Below, in pieces: positions 1 through 13,815 of a DNA stretch of 64,000 nt (its first letter is position 1; every line of letters begins with the position of its first letter). The DNA comes from Prorocentrum cordatum (lineage: Eukaryota). Where the stretch lies: contig CAUYUJ010000014.1 of the NCBI GenBank assembly GCA_963575745.1, forward strand, positions 1 to 64,000, in the 5' to 3' direction. Under the pieces are notes generated by a model that was not told where the DNA came from, did not search any database, and worked only from the letters and a program-made list of their open reading frames with translations. The position numbers were made by a program, and so were the translations under genes.

Positions 1-90
1 CCAGCTCTCCGACCCCTCGATGTTGAGACCCGCCACGAGCTTCCTCATGGCCTTGATGCGCTTGTTCCGCTGTTCCTTGTCGGCCTTCTC
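1..90 (-). CDS. Exon of an uncharacterised repeat-domain protein (gene continues beyond window start)
   Basis: After a CAG|G acceptor at 93-91 the frame reads EKADKEQRNKRIKAMRKLVAGLNIEGSESW with strong GC3 bias. It is clearly similar to RIRVMREIVAGLGIEGSESDW in exon 3733-3993. Confidence 0.65.
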
Positions 91-3000
91 CTGCCGGGCT
101 GCGACAAGCCAAACCCCCCGCTCGCGCCATGCGAACAAGAAAGCACGACAGACGAGTTTTGCCATCTGCGGCCTCCAGGCCCTCGCTGGGACCCCGGACC
201 GCCAACCGAAAGACTCGTGACGAAAGGCCTGCCCCTGGGAGGGGGCCTGGACCTCTGGTGGGCCCACGTTATGAGCGAGTCATGGCGTCGAGGGTCTGGG
301 GAGCGAGCGAGCAAGTTGCACTGCGTTGTGGCTAGGCTAACCCTGGGAACCAACTAGCGACCCCCACCATGCCCTTGGAAATGATATCCCCTTCTCGCCC
401 CTGGAGGCGAGATCCAGCCCCCGGGCCCCTCAGTGCGGCATCCCACCGAGGGCCGAACCAGATTCCAATGAGAGCCTGAGAAAGTTGCATCACAAACCCA
501 ATACTATCCTAATCGGATACCGATCGGAGTCTGGCATGATTCAAAAAGGATCCCAGTAGGATCGGAACCCAGTAGAGCTCCACGATGGGACTCCACCAAA
601 GGAGTCCTCCATTGGATTCCCCCGTCGAACTCCCTCCATGGGACCTTCACCGTAGGACCCCCCAACAATCAAGCTATCTCGTATGACCCCTCCTAGTTAG
701 CTAGTGTTCCCCCATCGGACCTCCACTGTAGAACTTCCCTCTCACAGGACTCCTCCCATTGCACAACGCCATAGGACTCCCCACTAGGGCTCAGTTTGAT
801 AAAGTGAGTCAAGAACTGTGACGCCACGCAATGTATTAGGAGTTTGTGGGGCTCGGGAGCCATGTGGTGCAGGGTGCAATAGGCGTGGTGCAAGCTAAGC
901 AAAACAAGCGTTGTGGTGCAAGCTATACTGTGCAAGCTAGGTGGTGCAACCTCCGTGGTGCACGCTGGATATATCTAGAACAGCTATCGGGTGCAATCTA
1001 AGCGGCCACATCTACGCGGTGCAAAGTAAAGGATTCAGGCCGACGTGGGGGTTCAACGTCGACGCTGAGGTTGAGTTTCTGCCCGTATCACCTGAGCAAA
1101 GGAGGCTTACTCAAGCGAGATTCCCACTGTGAGAAGAATCCACCCATCCACCCTTGTCGTATGTCGTCGACAACGTGACTCCTACCACTGCTTCCGGGGA
1201 GAGGGAAATGGGGGAGAGTTTGGATTACTGGTGCTGAATAAAGCTGGCGGTGCAATGTGGGTGATATCCCTGGGGAAAGAAACCCTTCGGGACAGCCGAG
1301 GAACATCAAAACACCTACGGGCGGGCGTTGGAGAATTCTGCGCGGGGCGGGCGGAGGAAGGGGAGGATGAGGAGGCGTTTCTCAGATCCTCTCAGGCGTC
1401 CTAACTAAAGAATCCCTGAAGAATCCTCGCGGATTCCTTAGGGATCCGTCGCGAATCCCGCAGGAACCCTTGCGCATCCCCCAGGCCTCATTCAGGAATC
1501 CCGTGAGGATCCTCACGGATGCCTCGCGAATCCCTCAGGAATCCTTAGCAACGCTGCAAACGTTCGTTCGGCCTGGTAACCTTAGTTCAGCATCTGCAAT
1601 AGTTGTTATCAGCGCCTAAAGTTGAGGCGTTGATGGGGAGTCTCTCAGAGCGAAAAGGATCTCTGGGAGTCTCATGATCGAGGATGGAGCTTCGATCGAG
1701 GATGGAGGTGCGATCGATGGTCTGTCGATGGTACCCCTATAAGCTCAACGGTGTTCGAACGTTCAATGATGTTGGATTGAATTCGATAGTACGTTTAGAC
1801 TGTCTCTGGCCTGTCTCGGGGAGTTGGCCTGTCTGCGAGACTATTGAGGCCTCTGTTGAGCTGTCTTGCTGGCCTTACTCCCACCACCGCCTCTCCCCGA
1901 GCAGCTATGTCATTAGATAACCGTTCTGGGTGCTGGCGATATCGCTCGGCGATTCCCCCCCTTCAGAATTCCTTACGCACGTCTTGTGAATGCTAGGGGT
2001 AATAAGGGGGCGCGTTACGTTGTTCCCAGGGTTTTTCCACCCCAGCCGCCGCTCCCAACATCGCTACCCATTCCTGCGATGGACGAAGCCAATCGAACAT
2101 CATACCAATTCGATGATGCTTGTTTCTGCGTGTGCCGGCAGGCGCGGAATCGTGTGTATCCAGATGGTGTGTGGTACATGGCTGTTGCGCCCAGCTCCAG
2201 GCATCACCCCCACGTCTCCCTCCCTGGGCACAGCTATACACCCTCCCCGCCTCCCCCTCCTCTTCTCCTCTTCGCCCATTCTGCCCTCCCCTCCCCCCCT
2301 CCCCTTCCCATGTCCATCGACCCCCGTTTGTCACTATCACCTTCCCCTCTCCCCCACGGCTGCCCCCCTTCGTCCACTCGCCCTTCCTTCTCCCCCTCCC
2401 CTCTCATCCTCCTCCTCCTCCTCCTCCTCCTCCTCCTCCTCCTCCTCCTCCTCCTCCTCCTCATTATCATCATCATCAGCATCATCCTCATCACTATCAT
2501 CATCCTAATCATGTTCCTCTTCCCCTTCCTCCTCCTCCTCCCTTCCTTCTTCGTTGAACACCATCGCTTTACTGATAAGGCAACTCCAAGCCATAGCGTG
2601 TACTGAGCGGGGCAATTCCCCAGCGCTCCGTCCATGGGCGCTCCGTACATGAAATTCAGCCCCCGCCTGCTTCTGGACCTCGATCCTTCTTTTGCGTTAC
2701 GCCTGTGACGAAGCAGGCGCTTAAACAACAGACGACTTGGTGCATGCGTCTGCTGGGCACTCTTTTGCGGTATGTTGGAAAACAACCATGCCATACTGCA
2801 CTTATCCTGTAGATATTCCCCCTTGTAACGAGTGGAATCGGGACACGGACGCAAAAAGTAACCCCACGATGTTACACTCGTCTGAATCATGGCTGCTACG
2901 AGAACTGACACACCAAAAATGTGTTGCATTCGCCTGGTGCAGCCTCCGAGAAAGCAGTGGAATCCACCTAACCCTCCTCCGTGTACATCTCTTGACAACC

Positions 3001-3732
3001 CCTCCAGTCATCCCCCTCTCTGTCCCCTCCCGAGGTGCAACATTGATCGGGCGTTACCGTTTCAGCGAGTGGACGCGGAGGCTGACTTTCGAACGGCTCT
3101 TCTACAGACCAGCAAGGTGCCACTCCCAGACAGTCTTGGGATGCTCTTGAAGCCCCGTCGCATGAGTGCAGGACGGCGGCCTTGCCGGAGCGAGCCAAGG
3201 ACAGGAAGAGCAGTCGGGCACCGCCGAGCGATTGCTTCTGCTGTTGCAGTAGTCGATCTGCCGACCCGCAAATCCACCAAACACCCCATGTGCCCTGCAT
3301 GTCCCCACCTGACTCGTCCTCTTCCCTCCTTCTCCCCTGCACACATCTCCTCCTCCTCCTCCTCCTCCTCCTCCTCCTCCTCCTCCTCCTCGTCCTCCTA
3401 CTCCTCCTTCCCCCTGCCCGCACGCCCCGCCGACATTCTGCTCCTCCTCCTCCTTCCTCCCCAACCTCCTCCTTCTCCTTCTCCTTCTCCTTCTCCGTCT
3501 CCTCCTCCTCCTCCTCCTCCTCCTCCTCCTCCTCCTCCTCCTCCTCCTCCTCCTCCTCCTCCCCCTTCCCCACCTATCCCCCGTCCTCCTCCCCTGCCTA
3601 TCAATAGTCCTCTCTCTTCCTCGCCCTCTTTCCCCTCCTCCTCCCCCGCCCTTCCACCCTGATCTTCCTCATCCCGGCAGGTCTGAGCGAGCGCCTCCTG
3701 GTTTGGCCAGACCCCCCTGATGCGCTTGACTC

Positions 3733-3993
3733 CTGCGCTGCTGTGAGGAGCTGGTGGACCTTGTCGGGCTTCGTGCTGCCCTTGGGGCGATCGCCGACGT
3801 ACTTCGTCAAGAGGCTGTCCAAGTTGATGTTAGTGGTGTGCTGGCACACGCGCTCGACGAAAGAGCCCTGATCCTCGTATATCGGGCCCCAGTCGCTCTC
3901 CGATCCCTCGATGCCGAGGCCTGCTACGATCTCTCTCATGACCCTGATGCGGCTCTGGCGCGTGTCCGTGTCCGTGGTCGGGCCTCTGTGCTC
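3733..3993 (-). CDS. Exon (87 codons) of the same repeat-domain protein
   Basis: GCAG|GAG acceptor and CAG|GA donor, reading EHRGPTTD...HQLLTAAQ. It joins exon 1-90 in frame, and GCAGGAG is repeated at both intron ends. Confidence 0.65.
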
Positions 3994-6900
3994 CTGCGGC
4001 AGCGCCGCGACGGAGCGAAAGAGTGGAAGGCACCGCGCAGCTGCCTCCCCTCCCCCACCCCCTCGCACTATATAGTTCTCCTCCTCCTCCTCCTCCTCCT
4101 CTTCCTCCTCCTCCTCCTGTAAGAGATCAAACACTTGTCCCCATCTCTCGCGTCTCTCGTCTTGCTTCTCTCAGTGCGTCGTTCCAATCGCCTTCCAACC
4201 CTCACCCTCAAGCAACCTCCCCCTCTCCCCCTCCCCCGTCCCTCCCCCTTGTCCCGCATCGCCCACCCCCGTCCCCCCTCTGCCTTCCTCCCCCTCCCCC
4301 TCGCCCCTCTCACTCCCCGTTATCGTGCCACTACCTCTCGTCGTCGTCCTCCTCCTCCTCCTCCTCCTCCTCCAGTTCCTGTTCCTCGTCATCGTTTCCT
4401 GGATCCTCCTCATCTGTCTCTGCCCATTATTGTTCACCACTTTCGAGCGTACAGCGTGACCACGAAACAATTCCCCCTCCCCTTCACTGGAGGAAAAAAA
4501 AACGCGCCGCAAACATAAACTTCCGTGGAGCACACCCGGGGCGGGGCCAGAGGCGCCGCCAGAAGGGCCCTGGCGCCGATCCAAGAATTCCGCGCGGACC
4601 CCGAGAAATTATGATTGTGCCGTGTTCTGTCCTTCGTCCTCCTCATCCTCCTCTTTATCCTCCTCGTCCGCCTCCTCCTCCTCCTCCTCCTCCTCTGTCT
4701 CCTCCTCCTCATTCTCCTCCTCCTCCGCCTCCTCCTCCTCCTCCTCCTCCTCCCCTCCCCCTGGGGGAAGGACCAGGCAGGCACCTGAGATGGCGGGCCC
4801 CCCCCGGAGGCGCTGCGGCCCTCGGAGGCATCGCAGTGGGGTGGGCTCGGGGGGGATTCGGCGGCGCGCCCGGGGGGGAAGAGAGAAGGGGCGGGCCTTC
4901 TCAGAAGGCTCGGAACTCCCCTCGCCTTCTGAGAAGTGTCCCTCGCCTTCTGAGAAGTGTTCGATCATTGAAGTAGGAAGGTAAAGTATACTGGAACATG
5001 CGACTCCAAACATGCCTCCTTTCAACAACCGATGGGTATACCAGACAGGTGTCATCGTGACCGGCGAGCACACCCCTCTGCCTGGGAGCACCACCCAAAA
5101 GCCTGCCTTACCTCCCTTCTGTTTCGTCGTCGTCCGCCTCCTCTTCCCTCCTCGCCACCGTTGGCCATCATTCCTCGTAGTCGTCCTTGTGGTCGTCGTC
5201 GTTGCCCTTCCTCCTCGTCGTCGTCCTCCTCCTCCTCATGCTCCTCCTCGCCCTCCTCCTCTCCTTATTCGTCGTTGTCACCATCGTCCTCCCTCCGCCT
5301 CGTTCCTCCCTCTGCCTCATTGCTCCTCCCTAGTCGTCGTCTTCGTCCACCTCCTCCTCCTCCTCCTCCTCCGTCCTCATCATCATCATGGTCCTCCTCT
5401 TCCTACAGGTCGTCCTCGTCCTCGTCCTCGTCCTCATCCCTCCTCCCTCCGCCCTCTTCCTCCTCCTTCTTCCTCGTCGTGCCCCTCCTCCTTGCTTCCG
5501 CCTCCTCCTCCGTCCTCCTCCACTTCCGCCACATCCTCCTCCTCCTTCTCCTCGTCCTCCTCCTCTTCCTGCTCCCTCTCCTGCTCCTCCTCCTTCCTTC
5601 CTCCTCCTCCTCCTCCTCCTCCTCCTCCTCCTCCTCCTACTCCTCCTACTCCTCCCTCTCCCCTCCTCTCCCCTCCTACTTCATCCACCTGATGCCGCTT
5701 ACGGCATCCCTTTTCCCTCCTCATCGTCGTCGTTTCTCATGCTCTTGCTTCTCCCCCTCCTGTGAATATTGCGATGGCGCCACAGCATGCCCATGAGCAC
5801 CACCGTGCGCTTGTGTCCACCACCAGGCGGCGAGGGAAACCGCCCCCCCCGGCAGTGTTGCATACAGCAGCCTGCGAACACCACGCGAGGGCACAGCATC
5901 ACGCCATATCCATGTCGGGTCCGCAGTAGCCAGCGAACGTTGAGGTCTTTGTAGATACATGTTTATAAACAAACGTACAGGTATGTATATCTACATAGAT
6001 AATTACACATATGTGCGTATCTATGTATACGCTTATGTTTTTGCCAAAGTGCCTTACTGTTTCGATCATTCAGTGCTGAGGACTCGGGGGACCTGAACTC
6101 ACCAACTTGTGCCTCGCGGCACGGTGGCGGATGATAGGTCTCTCGGTGTGTGCAACTTCGTATAGATATAAGTGGATGTTTCTCCATACATAGATCTTTA
6201 CATATAAATATAGACGCACGTACATCTACACATGTGTTTCTATATTCGTTTGTTGTTTGGGGGGACCTGGGTCACTACTCGGGAGACCAACAGAAGGAAT
6301 CCATGTGACATCTGCGCGCACACAATACAGTATTCCGCCATAAGCAATCGTCTTGCAATCCGCCGCGCATGGCATGTTTTGCGATGCGCCACTTGAAGGG
6401 TATTCTGTTCTGGAGGCTCGCCACAACAAGACTCTCTCTGCAACTCACAACAAGAGAATCCACACTATGAATTAGTTTCGTAATCCGCCACAAAGACGGT
6501 CCCCGTGTACGATCACCAACAAACACTTATATCGATAAGGATCCTCTCGTACTCCACCACAGCGGGAATCCTGTTGTACACCACATCAGGTTCTGTACTT
6601 CGCCAGAAACAAAACCCTTTTGTAAAGACTGCCACACGAAGAGTGCGTGTGCAACTCGTCTCATCATCCGAGACCGGAACGCACGGTCAGTGCCCCCACC
6701 CCGCTCGGGCCCCTCTTACGAGAGACTCCTTGCGCAAACCACGACGTCACCCACGTAATGGTCCTCCTGCTGCTCCGTCCCCCTTCAGCATCTCGTCCCA
6801 CCCACGAAATGGTCCTCCTGCTGCTCCACCCCCCTTCACCCTCTCCTCCTCCTCCTCCTCATCCTCCTCCTCCTCCTCCTCCTCCTCCTCCTCGCCGTCC

Positions 6901-9289
6901 TCCTCGTCCTCGTCCTCCTCCCAGCCCCGCGCGGGCACGGCGGGGGGGTGCGGCCACGAGACGGGGCCGGCTCCTTGGGGTCCGCACCCTGGCGGGGCGC
7001 TGGGCGGCGCCGCCCAGGGGTCAGGGGTGGGAGCCGCGGCGGCCGAGGGCCAGGGAAGGGGAGGAGGAGGAGGAGGAGGAGGAGGAGGAGGAGGAGGAGG
7101 AGGAGGAGGTGGAGGAGGAGGAGGAGGAGGAGGTGGAGGAGGAGGAGGTGGAGGAGGAGGAGGAGGGGGGGTGCAAGGCAAGCTAGGTACACTCGCGTCA
7201 TGTCTGACGTCATACACATTCCTCCCACCCCTTACCAGGCGTAGAGCCCCTCCCTGCTAGCACACTAGGATGCCGAAGGGGGCAGCGATCCAGAAAGGGT
7301 ACGCGATGCATAGCATGGAATGGCACCGCGTTGTCACACTTTGCATAGCATAGCATTGCAACGCAAGCAACAGCATCGCATAGCGGTCCATAACATCGCA
7401 TTGCATGGCACTGCGTAGCCCATCGTTGCATACCACAGCATCGCAGAACAAGGCGTGGAATCGTTTCATAGCAGCGGTACATAACATCGTGTTGAACTGT
7501 TCACCGTGGCTGCAAAACGGTGCAACCGGAAAACCATCCGAGAGGACCGACAATTTGGAGATGAGGCCACTGCTGCAGCGGGAGCACCATTTTGAAGGAC
7601 CGAACGCGCGGAAATGACGCTTAAGCTGCAGCGGGATCTGGAAGGACCGAACACGTGGAACTGAGACCAACGCTGCAGCGGGAACACCAGTCGGAAGGAC
7701 AGAACACGCGGGAACGAGGCCAGCATTGCAACCGGAGCGCAGTGTTTGATGGACCCGAACGATCAGAAAACAAACCGCCACATAAGAAATACCAATTCGC
7801 CCACATCATTTGTAAAGAATGACAGCGCGGAGGGAGAGGGCGCAAACACTCCCAGCACATACTCGGGGGTGGGAGGAGAATGGTATTCACATGGTGTCAT
7901 TGCAGTGGAGGAGAAGGGGAGGAGGACGACGAGGACGAGGAGGGAAGGGAGGAGAGGGAGAGGGGAAAAGCGAGGAGGAAGAAGAGAAGGAGGAGGATGA
8001 GGAGAGGGAGGAGGAGGAGGAGGCGGACAAGCAGGCGGAGAAGGAGGACAAGGAAGACGAAGACGACGAGGACAACGACGATGACGACGAGGACGACGAA
8101 AATGGGGGATGGAGAGGAGGGGTAAGTAAATAAGCGAGACCCTCGGCGAAGAAGAAACGGGTGCTATCTACTAGTTCGCTTCGCTGGGCGGCATGTCTAT
8201 GTTCCGGGCTGCAACTGGTCTGACTCGCTGACACTGGCGGGGGAGGAGGAGGAACTGGTGAAAAACGAAGAGAAGGAGGAGGAGGAGGACGAGGAGGAGG
8301 AGGAGGAGGAGGAGGAGGAGAAGGAGGATGCTATACGATTTACCTTGCCTCGCCGTCGCTATCGCTATATATGCAGGCCGTGAAAGCTTCAACGGAACAC
8401 TCCGCCTCCAGGGCACTTGGCTTGCGAGAGCGTGGCTCGTGCTCCAGGGGCACCCTGCAAAGCACAGCGGCACCGCACAGACGGATTCACGCGCCACCGG
8501 CCGGCGTCCGGCAGGACGGACAGCACGTATGGAAACGAAGCTGTGTGGTTTACATCCTTCTACTCTGCTGCCACAAGAGTTTCTTCGATCCGGTGTTTGT
8601 GCAACTGCGTTCGACCCCTGCGCTGTCGACGATCCCCTGGAAAGCCGCTGGGGGTGTCGTGGGGCCGCACTGCCCATCCCCTTCCCCCCTGTGTCCCCGA
8701 GCCCCCGCCCACGCCCCTCGCTCCTCCCCTCTCCCGGCGGGCCCGCAATATGTACAGATGCGTCCGCCGCCCACTCGGGAAGGGGCGCGAACCGGCCCGA
8801 AGCCACACGGGACGCACAGAAACATAATAATACTATATATGTTTTCCTCGGAGGCGCGCGTCCGACCCGATCGTGTAGTATACCCAGATTGTAGTATATC
8901 GTTTCCCGAGCGGTGTGGTCAGAAAGCGCCCGCCACGACGCATACACTATAAGATTTCTCGGTGCGCGCGGCGCCCCTGGGGGGTCGACGCACATATAAT
9001 ATAAATATGTTGGGTCGACGCCGACCACAAGCTCACGCAAGCGCTCACTGCTTCTCATGTGCCCAAGCGCTCGAGCAATCGCCCAGCTTCCCGCTCGAGG
9101 GCTCCCCGATGAGTGGGGCCGATCACTCTCTCCGCCCCGACCCCCGTCAAGAACGCGACCAGCAGCCTCAACCTCCGTGGCCTTCAGGACGCACGTGTCG
9201 ATGTGGACTTGCAGGCGCACCTTCCCGTCCATTTTTTTCGCGACTGCCCCCTTGTGCTTCCGTACGAGGGAAATGCGGCGCCATCCCTG

Positions 9290-10540
9290 CTATTTCCTCG
9301 CAGCTGGACCCCTTGAAAATTTGACTCCAGACCCGCTGGGACTTCTCCTTGTGCGGATCCCCGATGCTTTTGAGCATGTCCAGAAAGACCCCCTGCGAGC
9401 ACCACCAGTAAAGGCGGGCCGAGCTGAGCCATGTCGGCGTTCGGATCCGACTCCCTCTGCTCGCGCAGCGCCTCCACCTGCTCGTGGCAGTGCTTCCCCG
9501 CCGCCATTGCCGCCTGCGCTATCCAGCTCTGCCCGCGAAGGACAAACGGCGCGAATCGACGACGCCGTGAGGTCGGCCAGCTCCCGCGCGCTCACGAGCA
9601 CCAGCCGCGCGAGGATGAGCAAGAGCGCCTGCAGGGGGTGCTCGTTGCCCTGCCGGCTCCCCTTGGCCGGCCTGCTCGCCCTGGAAGCGAGAGCCTTGCA
9701 CGGCCCGCGGCCCGCGTCGGAGGCCTTCCGCCTGGGCTTGCATGGGCGCTGAGTCCTCGGGGAGGCCCACGTCCTCTCCCGCGAAGTCCACCAGCTTCGG
9801 CACGAGACCGTCAAGGGCCGAGCTGTTGAAGCCGCGGTGCGGGGATGGAAGTTGCGCGAAACCTGCAACGAAAGATGAGGGATCTCTGTAATCTGGACAC
9901 CGAATTCGACAGCACATGAACGCTGGAGTCAGCAATCGATTCAAGTAAGAGGCTCTGTCCACCAGACACCGCTGATGCAGGAGAAATCCAACCCAATATC
10001 GTGGAAACTATTTGGCGGCATGCCACGCGTGAGTTCGCTGCTGCCACCGCTGTCGATAACGTCTCGACTGTATGGGCCGAGCGAAAATGATTAGGAATAT
10101 TTTGTCTCCCAGCGAAAGCTGCGCCACATGCCTCCCCAGAATCGCACCAGCTGCAAGCGCGAGCGCTGTCTGCCTCGGCCCTCGCAGCATCCCCTAGGAA
10201 TTTCCGCTGCGGAACCTCTACTGTAGTCGCAGCCCGACGCGAGATGCCCACGTCGATCTTCGAGAAGGCCCGGGCTGTCTTGCTCTCGAAAGAAGCAGCG
10301 GTCGGATCGTCGTTCGACCCCCGCAGGGCCGCCGCCTCCTCCGCGCACTGGGTCAAGTCCGCAAAAAACTCCCCGGGCCCTCAGGGCACGCGGGTTGGCC
10401 CCAGGCACCGCCGAAGCCCCTTGCCAAACACAGCCCGGTCGAGCTGGAACCTGCTACCTGGCGACGTTGCCGGGGTCGCCGAAAAGTCTCAGCCAGCGCG
10501 ACGGGCAAACCCGCAGCTCCACCCCAGAAGACAACGGGCG
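9290..10540 (-). pseudogene. Degraded retroelement-like fragments (C2H2-like zinc finger remnant and ORF1-like helical segment)
   Basis: CDSGEACGAAFAGRQNIPNHFRSAH is a zinc-finger-like pattern. The segment LLLILARLVLVSARELADLTA...AMAAGKHCHEQVEALREQRE is broken by frameshifts. The assignment is an inference. Confidence 0.3.
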
Positions 10541-10615
10541 CGGAGGGGGAGGGGAGGGAGGAGGAGGAGGAGGAGGAGGAGGAGGAGGAGGAGGAGGAGG
10601 AGGAGGAGGAGGAGA

Positions 10616-13600
10616 TGGACGCGAAGCGCACACAGATATCTGCGCACTGCGCTAGCGAAGCGGCGAATCCGCATCCCGCAACGCGCGGGGCGAGAGAAAG
10701 GACAGGCAAACTATATTCAGGGAGGGCGCAGCCCGTAGGAGACGGCCCCGGAAGGAGCCCGGAAGCCGAAAGGGACGACCAGGAGCCCGAAGATGAAAGA
10801 CAGGACTAAGTTGAACGCGGAAAACAATTGCCTCTGTGGCATCGGAACGGAACGAAGCAGAAACAACTGACGTTCACTCCGCGTCATCTCTGCACTGACA
10901 AAACAACTCCGCCCACAGGAGAAAAAAAGCAAAAACTTCATCCCAGACAGGGGCCGAGTAGGGCCAGTACTCACTCAACTTATGAGACTCCAAAAGGCCC
11001 GCAGACCTCCCGTCTCCTGCATCGACAAGTCGGTCAGCGGCAGCATTGCCTCTACCTTCGGTGAGCCCCTTGGCCCCGGAGAATCATGCAACGCACTCCT
11101 TCCGAACCAGATTCCAGGTGAACCGAGCCAGGAACTGCGCGATGACGTTGTTTGGGGGCCAGAGCCTGTTCCCCAGGAGCTCCACTGCGCAAGTCGAGTC
11201 AACAATCACCTCCAGGGGGGGGGGGCTTTGGAAGTGAAGCAGAGCCTCGAAGTATAATCGACGGAGTCCCAACTCGGTCGCGCCCGACAACTCCGCGGCG
11301 TCGCTGGCGCGCCTGGCTCTTCCTAGATAGCTTTGTTCCATGGGATTCATCCACGGGCCTGGAAAATAAGGCCAACTTCGGCGACGGGGACTTTCGAATT
11401 CTGCAGGATGCCAGGGGAGCCGATGCTAAATGCGAAACCCCATACACAGGTCGCTCTGGATTAAAAGCGTCTCGAACAGCCCGACGCGGCACAAACAGCA
11501 AGGCGCGCCGCTGGAACCGCCCCCCACCGCCGGGCGCTCATCATTTCGAAGTCCCCCGCCAACTTGCGAAGCGTAGGAAGAGACGTTCAGCCTCCAGCCG
11601 ACGGGCTTGCACTCGACACTGCGTGAGATGCGAGGCAGAAATCGGCATCTTCGAAGCAAAGGGTCGAAAAGACAGCGGGCAGCGATTGCTTTTCCACGCT
11701 GCAGATTTGCTCAGCTGGCAATCAGATGAAAACCTCTACGGCCGGCCTCCGACCGCGGCGAAGTCGATCTGCCTCGGCTCATACTTGCCGTCGCGGATTT
11801 AATCCAAGTCCAGCATTCCCGTCTGCGGTTCGCTCCAGGTGGTGCCCATGATGAAGTTTTTCGTCACCGCCAGCTCATAGAAAGCATCCGTCCTCCAGGA
11901 ACTCAGACTGGCTGCGCGAGGCCGCGCTGCCGGCGTGGGTTGACGATCTCGGCCGAACGAAGCGTTCACATCCACGTCCGACACCGGTGTGTCAACTCTG
12001 AGACAACGGTTCTTCGGCTGCTCGCAGCCGTCTTCTATTTGAAATACTCGGCATGGTGGTCGGAATCGGCGTCGCAGTGCGAATATGTGATCCAAAGATG
12101 TCCACCATGGGTGGCGACGATGCCCGCGGCCAGGTTACTGCCCTGCTGCACGGAAACATGCACATATGATCCACATGCATCCGCCGCGGGGAGCGACGAT
12201 ACCCGCGGCTAGGTTATTGCCTTGTTGCACCGGGGCGGTCAAGATACAGGCCTTCAGAGACCTGCACATGATGACGGCTGACCTCCTTTTCCGCCAATTC
12301 GCAGGGAGCCCAAAGATCACTGTGTGGCCTGAAATCTCTTCCCGAAGAGAATGTTGCACGTCGGTGGGCACTTACGCGCATATAGTGTCCCAGCGAAGCG
12401 ATGCTTCCATCTGCCCCAGCTACCGTGCGGCATTCCTCACAGGAACTCTCCTGGAGCTCCAGGATCTGAAGGTCGTGTCATCGCTAGAACGAAGCCTTCG
12501 AGGTCCCAAGGATAGTGTTTCGGCGCCTCTCCTAGGCGGGTCATTGATATCCTCCATCGTCGACTTCTGGCCAAGCTCTATCCCCCACTGCGTGATGCAC
12601 TCCTGGGTTCCACTCGCGGTCTTCAAATTCTTGGTCGGGGAATTGCGCATCAGCACCTTGAGCGAGGTTCCCGGCATCACCCCTTGCGGCAAATGTCTCT
12701 TCCAGAATGCTGCCGGACCCATCTCCCCGGACGCGTCGATCAAGGTGGTATGCGCCTCGGGAGATAGAGCGGGTCACTTTTCCTGAATGGCATAGTTCTG
12801 GATGCCTTTCGCGTGCGTGGCGCGGCTCTGGCAGGACAGTTCTTCCAGAAGCTTATCCCTCGTGTGCCACAGCTGCCGCCGACCCTGACGCAGGGCACAG
12901 GGTGGGGGATGCTCCGAAGCCAGAATCTGATTGACTTTCGAAGTTCTTGTCTCGTAGGTTGGCCAAGCAACGCCACATTGTCTGAGAATTACCGAATTCG
13001 ATCTTCACGCAGTCTGCGTAGCTGCTGACAGCCAAGACCTTCTTCTGACCGACGAAACGGCACAAAATCAAAATCTCTTTCGAATCGCGTGCAATCTCAA
13101 TCCCAACGTATCCATCCTCGCAAAGGGTCTGTCGCTTGTTCACTGGCACTCGGAAATCTGGCGGGCCCACCGTGGATCCGTTTGGGCCTGCTACGCTGTC
13201 TGGTCCACGAGCTTCCCTTCCCCACCTGCAGTGCCAGGACCTGCCGTACAACTGCTTTCGAGGACAGCCAGTCTGGCGTGGACGTTCACGGGACCCTTCC
13301 TCATCTCAGCCACGGCCTTGTCCGTCCTGTTGACTTGCAACAGCTAATCACTTTCGTTTGCAGCGGGGTGATAGAGGCAGATATAGTCATGCGGAGATCC
13401 TGGGCCAGGGCGCGGACCAGCCGAGCTTCGCCAAGCTTTACTTCTTCATGTATTGCTGCAGGTTGTACCAGAGGGTCCGCAGCAACATCTAGATAAGGTC
13501 GTCCTCATGGCCGTCACATCCACCGAAACGATGTTTCGTTTTGGGGTCGGACGCAGCAGCATTGCCAACTCCACCGTTTTCGCCAGACGCGGGGGGGCGG

Positions 13601-13815
13601 CGAGAAAAAAGCGAGCGCTGCGTGCTGTCCAGCAGACTGAGCGGCCCAACTCGGGAACCCCCCACTGCAAACGGCAGCCGTCGCCATCGCGAGAGAGTGT
13701 GCCAATTCTGGGGCATGTCGGGAGAAGCAAAATGAGCGGCGGATGAAACAGGCGAGCCATCTCGATGTGCCTGGGAGCGGCATCTGATGAATGTCCTGAG
13801 TCTGAGCCAAACTGG
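10616..13815 (-). mobile_element. Decayed non-LTR retrotransposon (ORF1 remnant, APE endonuclease remnant, RNase H remnant; no RT seen)
   Basis: SL relic at the 5' end. Endonuclease-like motifs WDTICA*V, GTTW..MLDLD*I and KSNRCPL (SDHxP-like) at ~12410-11680. RNase H-like SYLG..DAAELSGA..EALLHF..VIVDSTCA at 11084-11350. The 3' end runs into (CCT)n at 10615. Confidence 0.55.
13802..13815 (-). other. DinoSL relic
   Basis: Minus strand CCAGTTTGGCTCAG versus SL 3' part CCATTTTGGCTCAAG (12/13 identical over the first 13 nt), located at the 5' end of the decayed LINE. Confidence 0.55.
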
